Shown: positions 57,360 through 63,994 of the stretch, piece after piece | Position numbering within the stretch: the stretch's first letter is position 1 | Layout of the letters: every line of letters starts with the position of its first letter | Assembly: GCA_003696625.1 (NCBI GenBank) | Contig: RFGR01000061.1 | Location: forward strand, 1-63,994 | Source of the DNA: Planctomycetota bacterium | Lineage (GTDB): Bacteria > Planctomycetota > UBA1135 | Direction of reading: 5' to 3' | DNA: 63,994 nucleotides | Program-made: the position numbers and the translations under genes | Notes under the pieces: model-generated | The model's database searches: none | Seen by the model: only the letters and a program-made list of their open reading frames with translations | Told to the model about the DNA's origin: nothing

Positions 57360-57935
57360 ATGGCCTACGAACTCCCTGACCTGCCCTACCCGAAGGACGC
57401 CCTGGCGCCCCACATCAGCGCCGAGACCTTCGACTACCATCACGGCAAGCACCACGCCGCCTACGTCAACAAGCTCAACGAGCTGACCGGCGGTGACTCC
57501 TCGAAGAGCCTCGAGGAGCTGATCCGGACCGCCGAAGGCGGCCTGTTCAACCAGGCGGCCCAGGTCTGGAACCACAGCTTCTACTGGCAATGCATGAAGC
57601 CCGGCGGCGGCGGCGCCCCGAGCGGAGCCCTGGCCGAGGCGATCGCCCGCGACTTCGGTTCCTTCGAGGACTTCGTCGGCCGGTTCAAGGCCGCCGCCGC
57701 CGGCCAGTTCGGCTCTGGCTGGGCCTGGCTGGTCGAGGACGGCGGCAAGCTGGCGATCGTCACCACCGCCAACGCCGGCAACCCCATGACCGCCGGCCAG
57801 AAGCCGCTGCTCACCTGCGACGTCTGGGAGCACGCCTACTACATCGACTACCGCAACGCGCGGCCGAAGTATCTCGAGGTGTTCTTCGAGCACCTCGTGA
57901 ACTGGGACTTCGTCGCCGCCAACCTCGGCGCCTGA
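57360..57935 (+). CDS. sodB: Superoxide dismutase [Fe]
   Basis: HHGKHHAAY, FNQAAQVWNH (Fe-type), FGSGW, DVWEHAYY. Confidence 0.94.
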   Translation: MAYELPDLPYPKDALAPHISAETFDYHHGKHHAAYVNKLNELTGGDSSKSLEELIRTAEGGLFNQAAQVWNHSFYWQCMKPGGGGAPSGALAEAIARDFGSFEDFVGRFKAAAAGQFGSGWAWLVEDGGKLAIVTTANAGNPMTAGQKPLLTCDVWEHAYYIDYRNARPKYLEVFFEHLVNWDFVAANLGA

Positions 57936-57962
57936 GGCGCCGCCCGCCCGGCCCCTCCGGTC

Positions 57963-58778
57963 TCAGAAGACCACCCCGACGGCCAGGAAGGGGCCGGTCA
58001 GGTCGAGGCTGCTGTCGAACCGGCTGCCGCTGAAGGTGCCGTCGACGTCGATCGTGATGTAGCGGTAGCCGAGCAAAGCCTCGATGTTGGCGGTGAAGGC
58101 GTAGTGGACGGCGCCGGCGAAATCGAAGTAGCTGACGTCGGCGTCGCCGGTGCTGGCCGAGATCCCGCTCAGCTCGGCGCCGAGGCGGAAACCCTCTGGC
58201 AGGTCCAGGTCCGCGCGGGCGCCGACCATCGGCACGTAGACGGTCTCGTCCCGCAGGACGACCTGCTTGTCGCCCTTCTGGACCAGCCCGCCGAGGGCGT
58301 TGCGGTCGGCGGTCAGGCTGATCTCGTCGAAGGAGACCTCGTCGACCCCGAGCAGCAGCGCCAGGCGGAGGACACCGGTGCTGAACACGTCCAGGCCGAG
58401 CAGCAGCTTGCGCACCGCCATGTCCACGGTCGTGGTCGAGCGGAGGTCGGCGGCCAGGACGTTGCCGGCGAAGGTGCCGCCGGCGGCGAAGACGCTCGGG
58501 TTGGCGGTCCGCAGCGACAGGTCGCTGTAGACCAGCTCGAACGGGCTGACGCCGGCGCGGGCGCCGAAGTGGAAGACGTTGTCGGTGTCCGAGCCGAGGT
58601 CGACGTCGCCCTTCAGGTCGGCGCCGTGGCTGGTCGCCTTGACGTTGTTGACGGCGCCGTCGGTACTCGCCGCCATCATGCCGCCGAAGGCGCTGGCGTG
58701 GAGCCCGGACCAGGCGGCGTCGCCGGCACTGACACAGCCGGGAAGAAGGAGGAGGAGCGGAAGGAGGGGCTTGATCAT
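57963..58778 (-). CDS. Putative outer-membrane beta-barrel protein
   Basis: Signal with LPGC; alternating beta strands; LGYRY and terminal GPFLAVGVVF. Confidence 0.7.
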   Translation of the reverse strand: MIKPLLPLLLLLPGCVSAGDAAWSGLHASAFGGMMAASTDGAVNNVKATSHGADLKGDVDLGSDTDNVFHFGARAGVSPFELVYSDLSLRTANPSVFAAGGTFAGNVLAADLRSTTTVDMAVRKLLLGLDVFSTGVLRLALLLGVDEVSFDEISLTADRNALGGLVQKGDKQVVLRDETVYVPMVGARADLDLPEGFRLGAELSGISASTGDADVSYFDFAGAVHYAFTANIEALLGYRYITIDVDGTFSGSRFDSSLDLTGPFLAVGVVF

Positions 58779-59878
58779 GGTCTCAGATCGGCGGTGCGCC
58801 GGAGGAAGGCGAGGGTCTCGCGGGCGCAGCGCTGCCAGGTGAAGGTAGCGGCGCGGGCGATCGCCGCCGCGGCCCGCTCCCGCCGGAAGTGCGGATCGAC
58901 CAGGTAGCGATCGACGTGGCGGGCGAGGTCGCCCGGGTCGTAGGGATCGACCAGCGGCCAGGCGTCGCCGGTCACCTCCGGCAGGCAGGAGGTGGCGGCG
59001 GCGACCCCGGGGGCGCCGCAGGCCATGGCCTCGAGCAGAGGCAGGCCGAAGCCTTCGTAGTGGGAGGGGAAGAGGACGACCTCGGCCGCCGAGTAGAGGG
59101 CGGGCAGGTCCGTGAAGGCGGCCTGCTCGATCCAGCGCAGCCGATCAGCCAGACCGAGTTCCCGGGCCCGGCGCTCGCGGTCCTCGCGCATGCCCGGCAC
59201 CGCCCCGCCGGCGAAGACCAGCAGCAGCCCGGCCGCGGCGGCGTGGCTGTCCGCGAAACCCTCCAGGCTGAGGCGGGGGTTCTTGTGCGGCGCGAGCTGT
59301 CCGACCTGGAGCAGGAAGGGCCGGTCGAGGCCGTAGCGGGCCAGGACCGGGGCCGCTTCCGCCGCCGACCGCGGCCGGAACAGGTCGTGATCGACCCCGT
59401 GCGGAACGACCGCCACCCGGTCGGCCGGGAAGTCGGGGAAGTGGCGCCGGAGGCTGGCGCGCCCGTGCTCGCTCAGGCAGAGGATGGCGTCGGCCAGGCC
59501 GACCGTCTGGGCGGTGCGGGCCCGGCGGATCCGGACCCAGCGAGGATCCTCGGCCTGAGGCAGGTCGAAGACCCGCAGGTCGTGCAGGGTGAAGCTGCGC
59601 GGCGCCGGGCAGGAGGCCGGCAGCCGGACGCCGAGACCGTGGAACACGTCCACCCCGTGCGGTCGCAGCGGTCCGGCCAGCCAGCGGCGCGGGGCCTCGG
59701 GCAGGAGATCGGCGACCAGGCGACGCCGGAACCAACGGCCGTCACGGATGTGGAGAATCGGTTCCACCCCATCCAAGCGGGCGATCTCCGGGAGCAGCCA
59801 GCGGACGTAGGCGGCGATCCCGCGGCCGCGCCGCTTGACCGCGCTGGTGATGTCGAACCCGATCCTGAGGCGGCTCAC
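58775..59878 (-). CDS. GT4 glycosyltransferase
   Basis: TLHDL, VVPHGVD, HKN, PSHYEGFGLPLLEAMACG; GTGA overlap. Confidence 0.92.
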   Translation of the reverse strand: MSRLRIGFDITSAVKRRGRGIAAYVRWLLPEIARLDGVEPILHIRDGRWFRRRLVADLLPEAPRRWLAGPLRPHGVDVFHGLGVRLPASCPAPRSFTLHDLRVFDLPQAEDPRWVRIRRARTAQTVGLADAILCLSEHGRASLRRHFPDFPADRVAVVPHGVDHDLFRPRSAAEAAPVLARYGLDRPFLLQVGQLAPHKNPRLSLEGFADSHAAAAGLLLVFAGGAVPGMREDRERRARELGLADRLRWIEQAAFTDLPALYSAAEVVLFPSHYEGFGLPLLEAMACGAPGVAAATSCLPEVTGDAWPLVDPYDPGDLARHVDRYLVDPHFRRERAAAAIARAATFTWQRCARETLAFLRRTADLRP

Positions 59879-61341
59879 GCCCCGGCCTCCCCGGCCAGCA
59901 GCCGCCGGGGCCGCCAGCGATGGTCGCGGGCGGCGGCCTCCTCCAGGAGCGGCCGCACCCAGCGGCGCCACTCCGGGCGCGCGGTCAGCCGCGGATCGTA
60001 GGTCAGCAGGGCCCGGAGCCTCTCCGAGGCGCGGATCTCCGGCGGGAGACCGGCGTGGAGCGCGGCCAGGTCGCGGATGGCGAGCCGCCGGTCCACCGCC
60101 TCGGTCCGGAAGCGGTTGCGGTCGTGGTCGATCAGGACCAGGCGCCGGCCGGGCGGCGCCTGGGGGTCGGCGAGGAGGTTGCTCGGCTTGAGGTCGCGAC
60201 AGGCCACCCCGCACCGGTGCATCCAGGCGAGGTAGCGGGCGGTCTCGGCCAGGAGGTGCCCGCGCTTCGCCGGCTCCAGTTCGAGCAGAGCACGGTCCAG
60301 CGGGGCATGGCCGGGCAGGTCCTCGAGCAGGAGCCAGGAACCTCGGCCGGGCCGCGACCAGGCCGCCAGCGGCCGGGCGGCAGGGATGGAACGCCGCAGC
60401 AGCGACTCGGCGGCGAGTAGGCTCCGCACCGCCTTGGAGAACCCGAGCCGGTCGCGGGGGTCGGGTCGCCCGGTCGGCAGGTAGTGCTTGAGGATCGCCG
60501 TGCCGCGGCCGAGCAACACCCGGCCGACCCGGGACCGGGCGCCCTCCTTCAGCAGCGGCCGCTGCATTCTCTCGTCCGGATCCGGATCGTCGGCGAGGTC
60601 GGCGACCTCGGGCCGGGAGTCACGCAGCAGCCGGGGATGGGCACCCCGAACCAGCCGGCGCGCCCGGCGGTCGAGGTTGGCGTGATGCCGGCGCAGCCGC
60701 CGATACCCGGCCTCCTCGACTTCGTCGCAGAAGCTGGAACAAGCCGTCTCGGTGCCTTCGTAGGCCTCGGCGAAGCGGCACAAGGTCTCGTGGGCGGCCG
60801 GCAGGATCGAACCGACCAGGCGGCCCAGGTCCCGCATCCGGTCCCGGCGGGTCAGGCGCCGACGCCAGCGGGCCTTGGCGAAGTCGGCCAGGACCGGACT
60901 CCCATCCGGGCGTCGGAGGACGTTGTCGAGGTGGAGATCCCGATGGCAGAGGCCGGCCCGATGCATCGCCGCCACGGCGCGGGCGGTGGCCTCGAGCAGG
61001 CCGGGGCGCTCGAGGAACTCGTCGTGGGAGATGCCCGCCTCCGGCCCGAGATCCTCGAACAGGAGCAGGATCTCGTCTTCGTCCGCCCAGAGCGCCCAGG
61101 GGTGCGGGACCGGCACCTCGGCGCGGACCATGGCCTGGCCGACCGAGAACTCGTGCCGGGCCCGCCGGAGGCCGGCCGCCCCCGCAGCCAGGGCCTTGGC
61201 GAAGAGGGAGTCGCCCCAGGGCCCGACGGCCGCGAGCCGGCGGTAGTTGCGGCCGCGCAGGCCCTCGCCCAGCGGTTCGGCCGGGCCGGGCGGCCGGTCC
61301 AGCGCTCGCGGCCAGGCGGGGTCGGTGAGCAGGAAGGGCAC
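59875..61341 (-). CDS. Tandem-domain lipopolysaccharide kinase (Kdo/WaaP/InaA family)
   Basis: Two kinase modules: HRDLHLDN..ADF and CRDLKPSN..LIDHD. Confidence 0.8.
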   Translation of the reverse strand: MPFLLTDPAWPRALDRPPGPAEPLGEGLRGRNYRRLAAVGPWGDSLFAKALAAGAAGLRRARHEFSVGQAMVRAEVPVPHPWALWADEDEILLLFEDLGPEAGISHDEFLERPGLLEATARAVAAMHRAGLCHRDLHLDNVLRRPDGSPVLADFAKARWRRRLTRRDRMRDLGRLVGSILPAAHETLCRFAEAYEGTETACSSFCDEVEEAGYRRLRRHHANLDRRARRLVRGAHPRLLRDSRPEVADLADDPDPDERMQRPLLKEGARSRVGRVLLGRGTAILKHYLPTGRPDPRDRLGFSKAVRSLLAAESLLRRSIPAARPLAAWSRPGRGSWLLLEDLPGHAPLDRALLELEPAKRGHLLAETARYLAWMHRCGVACRDLKPSNLLADPQAPPGRRLVLIDHDRNRFRTEAVDRRLAIRDLAALHAGLPPEIRASERLRALLTYDPRLTARPEWRRWVRPLLEEAAARDHRWRPRRLLAGEAGA

Positions 61342-61362
61342 GCGGAGCTAAATTCTGCCGGC

Positions 61363-62166
61363 ATGGGCGGGGCAGACCAAATCGAGGGCGGGCGCCGGCC
61401 GCCGCTCAGCGTGTTCGTCATCGCCCAGGACGAGGAGGCGCACATCGCCGACTGCCTGGCCAGCGCCTCCTTCGCCGCCGAACTTCTGGTTCTGGACGGC
61501 GGCTCCCGCGACCGCACCCCGGAGCTGGCGGCGGCGGCCGGGGCGCGGGTGGAACGGAGGCCGTTCGACGGCATGAACAGCCAGAAGAACGCCGCCCTGG
61601 CCCTCTGCCGCCAGCCGTGGGTGCTGAATCTCGACGCCGACGAGCGCGTCTCGCCCGAGCTGCGCCGGGAGATCGAGGCACTGTTCGCCGCCGGCGAGCC
61701 GGCCTGCGCCGGCTACACGATGCCGCGGCGGGCCTGGCACCTCGGCCGCTGGATCCGCGGCGGCGGCTGGTACCCGGACCGCAAGCTGCGCCTGTTCCGG
61801 CGCGACGCCGGCCGCTTCGCCGGCTGCGATCCCCACGACAAGGTCGTGGTCGACGGTCCGGTCGGGCGGTTGCACGGCGACCTGCTCCACTACGCCTACC
61901 GGGACCTCGCCCATCACGAAGCGAAGATGGAAACCTACACCACCGCCGCCGCCCGCAGCGCGTTCGCCGCCGGCCGGCGGGCGCCGCTGCTGCGGATGGT
62001 TCTGTCGCCGCCGCTCCGGTTCCTCAAGTCCTACTTCTTGCGGGCCGGGTTCCGGGACGGCCGGGCCGGCCTGATCCTGGCCTGGATGGCCGCCCGCTAC
62101 GAGTGGCACCGCTGGCGGAAGCTGCGCCGACTGCGCCGCGGCGGTCAGCCCTCCGCCGACTGCTAG
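61363..62166 (+). CDS. GT2 glycosyltransferase (WaaE/KdtX-like)
   Basis: LSVFVIAQDEE, DGGSRDRT, QKN, LDADE, WYPD..LRLF, GFRDG. Confidence 0.9.
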   Translation: MGGADQIEGGRRPPLSVFVIAQDEEAHIADCLASASFAAELLVLDGGSRDRTPELAAAAGARVERRPFDGMNSQKNAALALCRQPWVLNLDADERVSPELRREIEALFAAGEPACAGYTMPRRAWHLGRWIRGGGWYPDRKLRLFRRDAGRFAGCDPHDKVVVDGPVGRLHGDLLHYAYRDLAHHEAKMETYTTAAARSAFAAGRRAPLLRMVLSPPLRFLKSYFLRAGFRDGRAGLILAWMAARYEWHRWRKLRRLRRGGQPSADC

Positions 62167-62175
62167 ACTCCGGCC

Positions 62176-63994
62176 ATGACCAGCGGCATCCTGGCCGGCG
62201 CCGGGCTGATCGCCCTCCTCGACCTGGTGGTGCGGATCCCGCTCCAGGTTCCGGGGTTCGCCCGGGAGGCCGCCCTGGTCGCCGCCGTCGGCGCTCTGCT
62301 CGGCGCTCTGCTCGCCCGCCTCGTGGCCTGGGCCCTGCCCCGCGGCCCCCGGCCGGCCGGCACCGGTTTCTGGCTCGGCCTGGCCGTGGCCGGGGTGCCG
62401 CTGTTCGGGTCCTTCCTGCCCCGGCACTCCTTCGGGCTGATCTTGGCGCCGATCGGCCTGCTGGCGGCCCGCCGCCTCGGGGAACGCTGGCAGCCGCCGG
62501 TCGCGCTGCGCCGGCTGCTTGCCGTCGTTCCGCCGGTCGGCGTTCTGATCGCCCTACTCCTGCCCGGGCTGCGGCCGCCGCAGCTTCCGCCGGAGGAGCC
62601 CGGCCCGTTCCCGGCGGGCCCCGACGTGCTTCTGATCTCCTGTGACACGCTGCGCGCCGACGCCCTCGAGGAACTGGCCGGCCGGCTGCCGAACCTGGAA
62701 CGCCTTCGTCGCCGGGCGCTCTGGGCCCCCTACGCCCTGGCCGCGTCCTCCTCGACCCGGCCCAGCCATACGACGATGCTCTCCGGCCTGCCGGTCGTGC
62801 AACACGCCGTGCGCAGCAACCAGTGGCGGATGGGGGAGGGGATCGAACTGATCTCCGAGCGGTTCCGGGCCGCCGGCTGGCGGACTGCGGCGGTGGTCAG
62901 CAACGCGATGATCAGCGCCGGAGCCGGCTTCGACCGCGGCTTCGAGGTCTTCGACGAGACCCCGATCGTCCGCCGCCACTTCCGGAACGAGGAACTGGCC
63001 GCCAGCAGCTTTTCCCTCGACCGCTTCCTCCTCGTCGCCCGCCGGGGCACCTGGGTGGGATGGCTGGGACTGTTCGGCCCAGCGGCGGAGGAGTGGGTCC
63101 TCCACGTCTGGAAGGGACTGCCGGTGAACCGCGGCAACGGTCGGGTCACCGCCGAGCGGGCGGCGGCACTGCTCGATCGGCTGTTGGTCGGCCGCGCTCC
63201 GTACTTCCTGTTCGTCCACCTGATGGACCCGCACACCCCCTACGCGCCGCCGGCGGGCGTGCCCGGCCTCCCCGGCCGGGCCGAGGAGGTCCCGGAGGCG
63301 TTCCGGGTCGGGGACTGGGGGCCCGGCGACTGGACGGTGCTGAACGAAGTGGGGGAGGCCCTGGCCTCGGATGACGAGGCGCGAGTCGCCGAAGCGCGCG
63401 CCTTCCTCGAGCAGGTCCGGCCGCTCTACCACGAGGAGGTCCTCTTCGTCGACCGAATCGTCGGCGAGCTGCTCGATCGAATCGAACGGGGTGGGCGCGA
63501 GACCGTGGTGCTCTTCACCTCCGATCACGGCGAACAGTTCGGCGAGCACGGCCTCGTCCTGCACTCCAACTCGCTCTACGAGGAGCTGCTGCGGGTGCCG
63601 TTCCTCCTCGCCGGCCCTGGAGTCGAACCGGGCCGACTGGAGGAGCCGCCGCAGCACATCGACGTCGCTCCGACCCTCCTGGCCCTGGCCGGGCTCGACC
63701 CGTCCGGTTTGCCCGGGCGGGTGCTGACCGCCGCCGGCGGGGCCGAACCGCGTCCGCACGTCGCCCGGTTCCACGAGTGGCTGGCGGTGCGCAAGGATGG
63801 TTGGAAGCTGATTCTCGAAGAGGACGGCGAGAACGGGTTCCGGCCGGTGGAGCTGTACCGGCTCGAGCGGGATCCGAGCGAGGGCGAGAACCTGCTCGAG
63901 GAGGTCCCGCCGATGCTGCCGGAGCTGGCTCGGCTGGCGGCGGCGGCCGCGGCTGCCGAGCGGGGGGCTCGGGGGGCGGAGTTGGATACGGGGG
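62176..63994 (+). CDS. Membrane-anchored sulfatase-like hydrolase/transferase (partial, runs off window)
   Basis: Not in the ORF track. ATG 62176, TM region, then VLLISCDTLRAD, STRPSHTTMLSG, VHLMDPHTPY, TSDHGEQFGEHG; no stop before the window end. Confidence 0.85.
   Translation, partial: MTSGILAGAGLIALLDLVVRIPLQVPGFAREAALVAAVGALLGALLARLVAWALPRGPRPAGTGFWLGLAVAGVPLFGSFLPRHSFGLILAPIGLLAARRLGERWQPPVALRRLLAVVPPVGVLIALLLPGLRPPQLPPEEPGPFPAGPDVLLISCDTLRADALEELAGRLPNLERLRRRALWAPYALAASSSTRPSHTTMLSGLPVVQHAVRSNQWRMGEGIELISERFRAAGWRTAAVVSNAMISAGAGFDRGFEVFDETPIVRRHFRNEELAASSFSLDRFLLVARRGTWVGWLGLFGPAAEEWVLHVWKGLPVNRGNGRVTAERAAALLDRLLVGRAPYFLFVHLMDPHTPYAPPAGVPGLPGRAEEVPEAFRVGDWGPGDWTVLNEVGEALASDDEARVAEARAFLEQVRPLYHEEVLFVDRIVGELLDRIERGGRETVVLFTSDHGEQFGEHGLVLHSNSLYEELLRVPFLLAGPGVEPGRLEEPPQHIDVAPTLLALAGLDPSGLPGRVLTAAGGAEPRPHVARFHEWLAVRKDGWKLILEEDGENGFRPVELYRLERDPSEGENLLEEVPPMLPELARLAAAAAAAERGARGAELDTG

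Noticed and set aside
263-63794. Many long alternative-frame and antisense ORFs in the supplied track (e.g. 25527-29024, 20954-23566, 52777-55071)
   Set aside because: Arg/Pro/Gly/Ala-rich shadows of real genes, expected from stop-codon scarcity at high GC; no motifs
63955-63994. G-run-rich end as a G-quadruplex or phase-variation tract
   Set aside because: It lies at the window or contig edge within an open CDS and may reflect low-quality terminal sequence

Overview
A very GC-rich, densely coding bacterial core-genome segment with about 62 CDS, one tRNA-Gly(GCC) and one 6S-like ncRNA candidate. The mix of FG-GAP, HEAT-vWA, DUF1080, membrane-anchored sulfatase-like and secretin-like proteins plus Na+-NQR suggests a marine Planctomycetota genome (inference). 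Recognisable housekeeping genes are ispDF, ruvC, nadC, purB, fdxA, plsY-gpsA, an M16 peptidase pair, pepF, glyQS, ptsI, nqrABCDEF-apbE with nqrM, an htrA-like protease, a LonC-like protease, sodB and a surface-glycan cluster. I saw no integrase, transposase, CRISPR array or prophage gene. Most notable: (1) about a dozen genes have a TAnnnT -10 box 6-9 nt before the start codon and no Shine-Dalgarno, implying leaderless mRNAs, and in six cases the -10 box is built on the upstream gene's TAG stop; (2) a highly structured 420-bp intergenic region; (3) a secreted 46-Cys charge-blocky protein; (4) a four-repeat Myb/GcrA-like HTH protein; (5) two chalcone-isomerase-fold paralogs beside nqrM; (6) several apparent pseudo-enzymes; (7) a probable CUG start for apbE. 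All family calls come from motif recognition by eye, not database searches.
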